Below the pieces are notes generated by a model. The model worked only from the letters and a program-made list of their open reading frames with translations, ran no database searches and was not told the origin of the DNA. This document shows positions 13,001 through 23,832 of a stretch of 64,000 nt of DNA, piece by piece. The stretch lies in assembly GCA_002269645.1 (NCBI GenBank), contig NIVC01000768.1, positions 141,966 to 205,965 of the forward strand. The letters are read 5' to 3'. Numbering within the stretch: the stretch's first letter is position 1; each line of letters opens with the position of its first letter. The position numbers and the translations under genes are program-made. The stretch is from Macrostomum lignano (lineage: Eukaryota).

Positions 13001-14854
13001 CTTTGGCGAGCCGAGCACGAAGCAGCCCTGCAGCTCTTCGGTGACCAGCGAGGGCGGGCAGGACAGGGCGGCCACTGCTACGCGACACAGGGCCTGCGGG
13101 TGAGCAATGAGGTGGCGGAGGTGAACTTAAGCTAGGTGTTTAAAAGAAGAGTTGTTGGAAGACTAATTCTGGCCTTTTGGGGTGGTTGAGGCACCATTTC
13201 TGCGACTATTTTATAGCTGATGCGCGATTTCTGTGGGGATAATTCATGGGATATTTACATGGGGATAATTGATGGGGCGATACCCATGGGGAAAAAATGG
13301 GAAATTTCCATTGGGATAATTAATGAGCGATTCCTATGGAGATAATTAATGGGAAATTCCCATGAGGATAACTGATGGGAAATTTCCATGCGGATATTTA
13401 TGGGGGAGATTTCCATGGGGACAATTGATGGGAGATTTCCATGGGGATAATTGATGGGAGATTTCCGTTGGGATACTTGATTGGAGATTTCAGTTGGGAC
13501 AATAGACGGGCAATTTTACGGGAATTTCCATGGGGATAATTGATAGAAGATTTCTATGGATAGTAAGGGTTAACTTCTAGACTGGAGCAGCTTAAGGAAG
13601 ATTTCTAACATCTAAACCGATAAGATTAGGGAAGATCTGATAATTATTAACCGCCCAATCATCGACGCAGCCCCAGCGCTAAGAACTTGCCATCAGCTCC
13701 TCATGGAACAGGTCCTTGAACAGCGCCTCCGAATTCAACTGCGGCACGCTAAATTCCAGCTCCATCTCGTCCACCAGCCGAGTGGCCAGGCTTCTCCGTT
13801 CAACTGACGAAACCGCCGCCGCCGCTCCTGCTGGCTCGTCGGATTTGCGCAGACGACGCCGACGCTTCGACGGAGGAGGCAGCGGTGTAGCCGACGATGA
13901 CGCGATGTCGTCGCCGTTGTCCACCGGCTCCAGATCGTCGTGTTCATCGCCGGTAGTTGCTATCGAAGTCGGCGTGGCGTGATTGCCGGAGGCGGCTGCT
14001 GCGGTTTCGCGAATTCTGCGCAGACTGGCTTCGTTGAGACTGCTGCGGTAGTCCTGGGGAAAACAGCAGAAAAATAGATTTGTTCTTTAATTTCTTCCGC
14101 TTAATTATCAGCTTTAAAACAGTAGGAATACCAAACCAGGGGGGGGGGGGATCTCCCCTCAGCTTAGTCGCCAGCCCTTCGGACCGTCTAAATATTCAAC
14201 AATTCTGCCAGAGGGTCGAATTTTTCCCATAAGCGCCAGTGTATTCAATGCACCCCTGTGCAGCGTGCACCAATCAGCACTGCGCCTCAGTGCGGCCTTG
14301 CTAAGCCTCCAAATTTCACCAGCACGTCGACCACAGGTGTCTGCACCAGAGATGCCATCGCCTTCCCAGGGGTGCCATCGCTATCCCAGGGGCGCCATCG
14401 CTATCCTAAGGGCGCCATCGCTATCCCCAAGATCGCTATCCCCAAGAGCGCCATCGCTATCCCAAGGGGTGCCATCGCTGTCCCAGGGGTGCCATCGCTG
14501 TCCCAGGGGTGAATAAGTAAGTAAGTAAGTAATCCGCGTACTAACCGCGATCAAGCCTGCTTAACTTAACAGCTCTGAACTTGGAATTTCGTCGTTAAGA
14601 ACTCACCGGCTCTTCAATATATTCGCCGCCAGAGAAGTCCATATACCAGTCTCCGCCATCATCGCCATTATTATTATCGCAGCCGGAGCCGGGCAGACGC
14701 CAGCCCCGTTGCTTAGCAACCTGAACAAATTTCAATGCTTTAATAGCGTCCTTGCGCCAGTGCTTCTCTTTGCGACGGTGAAATTCGCTGGATAAGAAAA
14801 TTACGCGAAATTGCATAAAAAGATGCCAATAAATCATACATGCTACTGTCATTA

Positions 14855-14890
<36 letters not shown>

Positions 14891-15122
14891 AAAATCCGCA
14901 CACTTACGCGTTGTTTCCGTGAATGTAGTTGATAAATGCTTGCGTATCACCAGTAGGATGCTTTATAACAAACTGCGGGATTAACAAAAAAATGTGGTAA
15001 TGTTTTTATAATGCTATATGCTATTTTATTTAGTTATTCCGCTATTTAAGACACTGCATAGCTCAACGCGACTCTTGGGCCTCGGCTCAAACTAACCACT
15101 TCAAAATACTTTCATTGGGCAT
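10078..15122 (-). CDS. NVL: nuclear VCP-like AAA-ATPase (NVL2/Rix7); exons 15122-15093, 14972-14908, 14787-14607, 14053-13691, 13093-12965, 12499-11905, 11377-10890, 10560-10078
   Basis: The D2 module is intact (IPDVSWEDIGG, GEPGCGKT, VKGPEIFDKYLGESER, FFDEID, VVNQLLTLLDG, ATNRPDLID..RRPGRL). The N-terminal EFHRRK..KDA segment resembles the NVL N-domain. All junctions are phase-compatible; the first donor is weak. Confidence 0.88.
10679..10850. repeat. 60-nt unit x3 in NVL intron 7
   Basis: TGCTCACTGCGCCAGCCAATAGC... recurs at 60-nt spacing. Confidence 0.95.
11468..11880. repeat. 24-27-nt minisatellite in NVL intron 6
   Basis: Unit GGAGAATCGCCCTCTAATCTCATT. It lies downstream of the strong donor T|gtgagt at 11904, so the EGDSPMRL repeats in the ORF track are intronic. 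Confidence 0.93.
12518..12893. repeat. 34-nt minisatellite in NVL intron 5
   Basis: Unit AAGCTGGGGATCAATGGGGAATAGTGCTCAGATA, about 11 copies. Confidence 0.97.
13236..13560. repeat. degenerate ~26-nt array in NVL intron 4
   Basis: Variants of GGGAGATTTCCATGGGGATAATTGAT. Confidence 0.85.
14352..14510. repeat. 20-nt array in NVL intron 3
   Basis: Variants of GCCATCGCTATCCCAGGGGT. Confidence 0.9.
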
Positions 15123-15247
15123 CTGTTCAGCGCTTTTTGTTTAAATTTGCGCGTAACAAAAAAAAATTGACTCTTAGACTATTAATAAAATTATAATTTT
15201 TGTCTACCCTTTGGCACCAAAAACCAACACATCTAAGGTGTCACATT

Positions 15248-15662
15248 GAGGATCTAAGAAGAATATCGAGGATCTAGGAAGGTAACAGAGGATCTAGGAA
15301 ATTGATTTAAGGATCTAGGAAATTGATTGAGGATCTAGGAAGGTGATTGAGGATCTGAGAAGGTGATTAGAGGATCTGGAAAGATGATTGAGGATCTGTG
15401 AAGGTGATTAAGAATATGGGAAGATGATTGAGGAACTGTGAAGATGAGTAAGGATCTGGGAAGATGATTGAGGAACTGTGAAGATGAGTAAGGATCTGGG
15501 AAGATGATTGAGGATCTGGGAAGGTAATTCAGGATCTGGGAAGGTAATTCAGGATCTGGGAATGTGATTTGAGGGTTCTGGAAAGGTGATTGAGGATCTG
15601 GGAAGGTAATTTTGGATCTGGGAATGTGATTTGAGGGTTCTGGAAAGGTGATTGAGGATCTT
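15248..15662. repeat. 20-nt array (GAGGATCTGGGAAGGTGATT) upstream of NVL
   Basis: Same unit as 18050-18633. Confidence 0.93.
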
Positions 15663-16321
15663 GGATAGCAAGTGGCAAATCTGGTGACTGCTGATTACAT
15701 ACCTGTATGTGAAAAAAGGTTCAAAATAAACATTTTCATTCACTCACCTGATGCGCCACTCGCAACAGGCCGCGATTTTTATCGTTAATCTGCGGCGGCT
15801 TATAGCTGGACGGGGTCATTTCATTAATAATTTTAATTAATGAAAAGCAACAGACAGAATTCGGGCTTTAAACTAGCTTAGCAACCAGCAGAAATTGTGA
15901 TTGTGATAATTATTGATATTGAACATACACAATATTAGTTGCTATAATATATTATAGTATATTACTACGTATCAATAATTGAGTTAAACTACGAAAGCAA
16001 AGTCGGAAAAGTAATAAACACAATATATCGCATTTATTATTGATTAAAAACGTTAACAAAATGCATGAAGTTTAAAAAATAGGGACGGAAACTGCAGATT
16101 ATACACATTATACACAGACTCAATATACGAGTCTGTGTCGTATAAGTCTCGTATAAGCAAGTGTGGAAATTTTGATCATCCTCGATGCAAACAGAATGGT
16201 AAGTTTTATTTATCCCTTTAGGTTTAAACAATGACATCAATAAAGCTGTTGAGCTATATGCTACAGATTGCTTCAGATTTTTTTCAATGATTTATGGTCA
16301 ACATTTTAACTTTTAACTCGT

Positions 16322-17597
16322 TAAGGATGTGCCACTCGAGTTTATGATGTCCGAATCTAGTTTAGGATGTCCCATTCTGATTTAGGATGTCCCACTTTAG
16401 TTTAGGATGTCCCACTCCAGTTTAGAATGTCCCATTCAGGTTTAGGAAGTCCCACTCCAGTTTAGAATGTCCCATTCAGGTTTAGGATGTCCCACTCCAG
16501 TTTAGAATGTCCCACTCCAGTTTAGAATGTCCCACTCCAGTTAAGGATGTCCCACTCCAGTTTATGATGTCCCATTCTGGTTTAGGATGTCCCACTCCAG
16601 TTTAGAATGTCCCACTCCAGTTCAGAATGTCCCGCTCCAGTTTAGGATGTCCCACTCCAGTTTAGAATGTCCCACTCCAGTTTAGGATGTCCCATTCTGG
16701 TTTAGGATGTCCTACTCCAGTTTAGGATGTCCCATTCTGGTTTAGGATGTCCCACTCCAGTTTAGGATGTCCCACTCCAGTTTAGGATGTCCCACTCCAG
16801 TTTAGGATGTCCCACTCCAGTTTAGAATGTCCCGCTCCAGTTTAGGATGTCCCACTCCAGTTTAGGATGTCCCACTCCAGTTTAGGATGTCCCATTCTGG
16901 TTTAGGATGTCCTACTCCAGTTTAGGATGTCCCATTCAGGTTTAGGATGTCCCACTCCAGTTTAGAATGTCCCACTCCAGTTTAGGATGTCCCACTCCAG
17001 TTTAGGATGTCCCACTCCAGTTTAGGATGTCCCACTCCAGTTTAGGATGTCCCACTCCAGTTTAGAATGTCCCACTCCAGTTTAGAATGTCCCACTCCAG
17101 TTTAGGATGTCCCACTCCAGTTTAGGATGTCCCACTCCAGTTTAGGATGTCCCACTCCAGTTTAGAATGTCCCACTCCAGTTTATGATGTCCCATTCTGG
17201 TTTAGGATGTCCCACTCCAGTTTAGGATGTCCCACTCCAGTTTAGGATGTCCCAACTCCAGTTTAGGATGTCCAACTCCAGTTTAGAATGTCCCACTCCA
17301 GTTTAGAATGTCCCACTCCAGTTTAGGATGTCCCACTCCAGTTTAGAATGTCCCACTCCAGTTTAGGATGTCCCACTCCAGTTTAGAATGTCCCACTCCA
17401 GTTTAGAATGTCCTATTCTGGTTTAGGATGTCCCACTCTAGTTTAGAATGTCCCACTCCAGTTTAGGATGTCCCACTCCAGTTTAGAATGTCCCACTCCA
17501 GTTTAGAATGTCCTATTCTGGTTTAGGATGTCCCACTCTAGTTTAGAATGTCCCACTCCAGTTTAGGATGTCCCATTGTGGTTTAGGATGTGCCATT
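16322..17597. repeat. 20-nt array (CCCACTCCAGTTTAGGATGT)
   Basis: About 60 units starting ~40 nt past the delta-tubulin stop. Confidence 0.97.
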
Positions 17598-17636
17598 CTC
17601 AGTCCCATAGTAGCTATCGTAAAAACGCAGGTTCAG

Positions 17637-20600
17637 CTACAGATTTCGATAATTAAAGACCGTCTGCTCGGCCGCGGCAAAGCAGTCTAAGAAGGCGGCC
17701 TCCTCCAACCCGAACCGGGCGTACTGATGCACGAACGCTTTGGCGGCGAACATTGACCAGGCTCTGGCTATGGACCGGTCCAGCGTGTCCGCTCCGGTTG
17801 CGCAATTGGACACCAGGGCGCAGGCGCGCTCGTAGCCTCGATAGGGCCGGCCAGTGCGGCACACTGTCAGCCGGTCAGACTGCGGCAGCCAGGCCGGGTG
17901 CAGCTCCGGCAGTAGCAGGTGCTGCTCCCAGTCGGCTGGGCACAGGCTGCCGGCGCCTGGAGAATCAGTATTGGAATTGAGCAGAGCTAACTTTTTTATG
18001 GGTTAATTTTTGCTGTTTAGAAAGGAAGGTTTGGGTAATCTTGGAATATCTGGGAGGGTGGCTGAGGATCTGGGGAGGTGATTGAGGATCTGAGAAGGTT
18101 TTTGTGGACTTAGGAAGGAGATCGAGGATCTGGGGAGGTGATTAAGGATGTGAGAAGGTGATTAAGGATCTAAGGTGATTGAGGATCTAGGAAGGTGATT
18201 AAGGATCTAAGGTGATTGAGGATCTAGGAAGGTGATTAAGGATCTAGAAAGGTCTTTGAGGATCTGGGAAGGCGATTGAGGATCTGGGAAGATGATTGAG
18301 GATCTGGGAAGGTTATTGAGGATCTAGGAAGGTGATTAAGGATCTAAGGTGATTGAGGATCTAGGAAGGTGATTAAGGATCTAGGAAGGTGATTAAGGAT
18401 CTAGGAAGGTGATTAAGGATCTAGAAAGGTCTTTGAGGATCTGGGAAGGCGATTGAGGATCTGGGAAGATGATTGAGGATCTGGGAAGGTTATTGAGGAT
18501 CTGGGGAGGTGATTGAGGATCTAGGGGGGGGGGGGGGGGTTGATTGAGGATTTGGGAAGGTGATTGAGAATCTGGGAAGGTGATTGAGGATCTGGGAAGG
18601 TGATTGAGGATCTGGGAAGGTGATTGAGGATCTTGGAATGTTTTTGAGATTTAGGAGAGCAATACCCGACAAAGGGGAGATCCGGCATCCCACACGTAGG
18701 CCAGCAACTCAAACCTACCAAGTCCGCGAAGCCACAGCCGGCTAGCAAAGCATCTCTGCCTGCCGGAGGCGGCTGTTAGAGCGGCATCCTGCCGCCAGTC
18801 GAGGCCCTCCTCAACGGCGGCGCCGGCCAGCAGCATCTGGCGCAGATGGCGCAGCAGACCCGGCCAAGCGAAGCCGGAGAACTCCTTGGCCCGCTCGGAA
18901 GCGTAGGGCAGGCAGCGCAGCTGCAGCAGCCGCAGGTCCGGATGCGGGCAGAGACTCGCCGCTATGCCGCCAAGCGCCGGGCCCTGAGCCGCCGCGGACT
19001 GGACACCGCAGGCCGGCTGCAGGATAGCTCCAAGCTGGTGGCCAATCATCGCGTTGAGGTGGCCGACGTCGACGCGGGCTAGACCGAGGCGTCGTTCGCA
19101 GGCGTCCTGCAGGCGATCGTTTTCAAACAAAAGCAAAGCGTCACAGGCGGCAGTGAGGTGAGCTGTGGTCAGCACGCTGTTGTAGGCCTGGACAGAGACT
19201 TCGCCTCGGCTGTGCGGCCACACCAGGCCGGAGATCTGGCGGACAGGTTAAACAGCTGCGGCGTCATTGATTGCTGTTTAATAATCAACCAGATAGAGGC
19301 AGAATTTTTTTACATTTCTAAGAAAGTAACAACCTTCCACTGAAATTTCTATAGAACCAACAACCTTCCATATGACATTTCTATAGAATCAACAACTTCC
19401 GTCTGCCATTTCTATAGAGTCAACAGCCTTCCTATGGGCAGTTTTTATAGAACCAACAACTTTCCATTTCACATTTTAATAAAAATCAACAACCTTCCGT
19501 ATGACATTTCTATAGAATCAACAACCTTCCATATGACATTTCTATAGAATCAACAATCTTCCATATGACATTTCTATAGAATCAACAATCTTCCATATGA
19601 CATTTCTGTAGAATCAACAACCTTCCATATGACATTTCTGTAGAATCAACAACCTTTCATATGATATTTCTATAGAATCAACAACCTTCCATATGACATT
19701 TCTATAGAATCAACAACCTTCCATATGACATTTCTATAGAACCAACAACCTTCCGTCTGACATTTCTGCAGCATCAACAACTTTACGCCATATTTTAAAA
19801 TCAACATTTCGAACGATGTGTCTACAAAATTCTATTACAACTGAAATTTTTAAGAAACAAAAATCTTACGTCAGGCACTTCTCTAAAGGATAACATCTCT
19901 GGTTCTACTTATTCCGAAAGCGATTATACGAAGACCAAATAATTACCAAATTAGCCTCAGGATACTCGTCTCGGACTTGTTCGCACACAAACGTGCCCAG
20001 CCCGGACCCGGTGCCGCCGGCCAGGCTCATTAACGCTAGGAAGCCGTCTAGTCGATCGCTGGCTTCGGCCTGACGACGGACAATCTCGGACAGATTGGGC
20101 CAACATTTTGGGCCGTGGTGACGATAGCCCTGGAAGGCAAAATACGAGTAGATAATGGAAAATTCTGTTTTGCATAGAATTGTGCGCTATCCCTCCATTC
20201 CGTCTCAGATCTCCTTTATTCTTCTGTATTAGAGGGTGTGCTATCCTATTCTGTACTAGAGGGTGTGCTATCCTATTCTGTATTAGAGGGTGTGCTATCC
20301 TACTCTGTATTAGAGGGTGTGCTATCCTATTCTGTATTAGAGGGTGTGCTATCCTATTCTGTATTAGAGGGTGTGCTATCCTATTCTGTATTAGAGGGTG
20401 TGCTATCCTATTCTGTACTAGAGGGTGTGCTATCCTACTCTGTATTAGAGGGTGTGCTATCCTATTCTGTATTAGAGGGTGTGCTATCCTATTCTGTACT
20501 AGAGGGTGTGCTATCCTATTCTGTATTAGAGGGTGTGCTATCCTATTCTGTACTAGAGGGTGTGCTATCCTTCTTATCTATCATACAAACTGACAAGCTT

Positions 20601-20957
20601 CATAGTGCATACCTGAGCCCAGTTGTTGCCAGATCCGCGTTTCAGACACACCTTGGCATTATTTGCATAGGCCCAACAGCCAGACTTGGCGGCATCCTCA
20701 GTTACCATAGCAACAACTTTCTCTTCGGCATCGCACAGGACAGCTCTAGCCCGCATTGCCTGTTGCTGGCCAGCTTCGGTGCAGTGAAAGAATCGATTTC
20801 GCGACACCTCCGAATATGCATCGTCTGTTTCTGTGACAGCTCTGCCACTAGTAGCGCGCCTGCAGTCTCCGCTGGCAAGATCTTCAATTATGCTGGAGAA
20901 AAATGCATGACCGACCTGATTGCCGCACTGGCCAAGCTGCAGTGTTACTATTGACAT
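17637..20957 (-). CDS. TUBD1: delta-tubulin; exons 20957-20613, 20129-19947, 19235-18719, 17956-17637
   Basis: MSIVTLQLGQCGNQVG, GSGNNWAQ|GY, SLAGGTGSGLG, VWPHSRGEVSVQAYNS, LLLFEND and WSMFAAKAFVHQYARFGLEE are delta-tubulin signatures. All GT-AG junctions are in phase. Confidence 0.93.
18050..18633. repeat. 20-nt array in TUBD1 intron 3
   Basis: GAGGATCTGGGAAGGTGATT family. Confidence 0.95.
19330..19785. repeat. 32-nt array in TUBD1 intron 2
   Basis: Unit CCATATGACATTTCTATAGAATCAACAACCTT. Confidence 0.93.
20222..20568. repeat. 27-nt array in TUBD1 intron 1
   Basis: Unit CTGTATTAGAGGGTGTGCTATCCTATT, about 13 copies. Confidence 0.97.
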
Positions 20958-21660
20958 ACCGGCCTTGAAACTTCTTTGATAGACTGCAGTGTTGACAGGT
21001 ATACACCAATTATATTATTTGAGTAATTTTTTTTCTATACATTATAGCTCAAGATAGCCTACTTTAAAAAATGTATTATGCTAAACATATAAATGAGTCA
21101 TATCAATGACTCATAGGAATAGCATTGGGTATTTTGTCTTAATGAAACAAAAATATTGTATTATTATGAAACAACAATGTTCTTTGGCCAATGTTGGAAA
21201 ATAGTTGTCTGTTCTGTGTGGCTTGTGTGCACTAATATTGCTATTTTATTGACACGCATAGTTTCATGTACTTTAGTGTACAATGCTCACACTGCTTCTA
21301 TGTATATTGGTGTTCTCAACAAAGTATATATTGGCTTGTTTACCCAGTGACTGGGTCTAAGAGTTTTCATAGCTTGCAACTAACATGACTTGGGTTATTT
21401 CATAACACTTTCTGGAATGTATATATAGTGCTAATCCTTTTAAGTTTAAAATCTGAATTTAATTGCTTGATGTCTTAATTCAATTCTTTTTACATACATA
21501 GTTTTGGTTATATAGACAATTATCAAAACAGAGGCTAAATCAATGAGTTCTATAACTATTAGGAGGGCCACAGGCCACTCCGAAAGTCTTTAGCCTAACA
21601 CCCTTCAAGTAGAAAAAGTTTATCAGCAGAAGAAAATTTCTTTCGTGCGACAACCCGAAA

Positions 21661-22345
21661 ATGAGTGTTCAACTTGAAAATCGCGACTTCCGAGCGATGA
21701 TTTTTTACGACTTTATGCGCGGCTTAACGAGGCAGCAGTGCCATGAGCAGCTTGCAACCACTTTCGGGGATCAAGCTCCATCCCTGTCCCTGGCCACAGT
21801 CAAGAACTGGTACCGCGAGTTTACCAGTGGCCGGACGAGCCTGTCCAACGAGGAGCGAAGCGGCCGACCTGTCACTGCTGTGACGCCAGAGAACGTAGAG
21901 CGGACGGAGCAGCTGCTGCTGGCAGATCGCCGAATAACCACGGCACAGCTTCAGGAGGCTCTGGGCATTGGGGCCGGCCAGGTGCAGAGCATCCTGCACC
22001 AACACCTGCGTGTCCGGAAGCTCTGCGCCCGATGGGTGTCTCATTCACTCACAGAGCCGCAGAAGGCAGCTCGCGTACAGTGGTGCCATCAGATGCTTGC
22101 TGACTTTGATGGAGGCGCTAGTCGTGACATTCTGGACATAGTCACAGGCGATGAGACATGGATCTACCAGTTTGATCCAGAAACAAAGCGCCAGTCAGCC
22201 GTCTGGTGCTTCGAGGGCGAGTCATCACCTTCGAAGTCACGGAGGTCGCAGAGCGCCGGCAAGAAGATGGTGGCGACTATTTTCTCGAAAAACTGGCCAC
22301 CGCCACAGTGGCGCTGGAAGATCAACGGACAGTTTCGGCGCAGTG
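21661..22345 (+). mobile_element. 3'-truncated mariner transposase
   Basis: MSVQLENRDFRAMIFYDF, RSGRP, ARWVSH and IVTGDETW are present. After a frameshift near 22290 it reads ..ATVALEDQRTVSAQ and breaks at CAGTG into the hairpin element. The second and third catalytic Asp are absent. Confidence 0.9.
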
Positions 22346-22505
22346 AAGTGTACATGCCTAACGATAAAATAAAGTTAGGGCCGCTGTACACTCCTGTGTG
22401 AGTGTGTGCCTGCGTACGTATCCGCGCACTTGTATCCCTGCTCAGGGGAGTCGGCGGAATGGGTAGTAATGCCTCTCGCCGGTTGTGTGCCTATGTCGCT
22501 TAAAG
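22341..22505. repeat. dispersed hairpin element, copy 2
   Basis: Matches 3663-3817. Confidence 0.85.
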
Positions 22506-23832
22506 TGCGCCAGGGTGCACACAGCCCCCTGCTTCTAATCTAATAAAAAATAGCTAGTCTCACTGAACCAAAGATTTCTGCCTTATCAGCTGAGTCATCT
22601 CTAATACTCTCTCATGTCTCATACTATAGGCCATATAGATTACATCTTCCATCTGGACCTACTACTGCTTTTTAGCCTATCACTACTCTATACAAACAAA
22701 CAATGATTTGGAGGGGTGGCATCCAAGGCTGAACCACAAAGCCCAATGAAATGACATTTTGTTCTATTTGCTTGTATGCCTCTTGTATGAAGAAGCCAGA
22801 TTGGTGGCTTTTGATGCATAGCTTATATCACAGTGTGCCCTTTGGTACAAGCAGCACACAGCTATCTACTATTGACAGACCATTTATGACAAAATATAGG
22901 ACAAACATGAGGCAGACATAAGAACAGACCAAGCTTTGCTTGAGGCCTGCAGTCAGTTAAATGCCCCCCATGTGATTTAATCACTGCTATAATTTTACCA
23001 TTCACAGTTTACAATTTTACCATATTTAACCATTTTTTTATAAACCTTCCATTTTAACCTTGTGAAACTAAACAAAATTAATGTCACTTTGTGCTCTTTT
23101 TACATTTTAGAGTTTGTTTCTTGTTGCAGAGTTGCAGTGATTTTTATACTTAAGCCCATATGACATTTGAAATAAATTGAACATTGTATAACTTTAGGAA
23201 AAAAATGAATGAATTTTCTTGGAAAGCACATTTGAAAAGCATCGGATAAATAGTATTGTTGCTGAATTTGCTTTTGCCAAATTTGTCCATAGGCCTAGTG
23301 AATATCTATTGCCTAATTTGCTTGTCACCAAATTGGTTAGCACCTTATTAGACATAGCCACTGTCTCTATAAGCTTTAATGTTATAGACACAGCCACTGT
23401 TTCTAGTCTAAGTGTGACAAAAAATAGAGCCATAGATTGGGCCTTTAAGTATTAAAATGATAGTGACAACAATAATAAATGAAAAAGCCCTCAATATTAA
23501 ATATTATAATGCTTTGCAAAATATTAGTTTGCCTAAACTTTGCCAAAACATCATTGGACTTGTTGCACTTAAAATATTTAGTAGAGCCTAGATCTGCATG
23601 AAATATAAAATGGTTTCTAACCTTACACTGGGCCTAATTAATGAACAAAAATAAGTATAAGCTATAACTATTGCTTTCATGGCTGCCTATAGCTTCCCAC
23701 TAATTTTCAAGTATAGTAATAGTAATAACTTTGGCTCAGGCAAAAAGCCTATTTGGTCAATATAAGTCAATGCATTTAATATTTATTAAAAAGGTTAGAT
23801 AATTTTAATTGATAAATGGAATAAATACGAGT

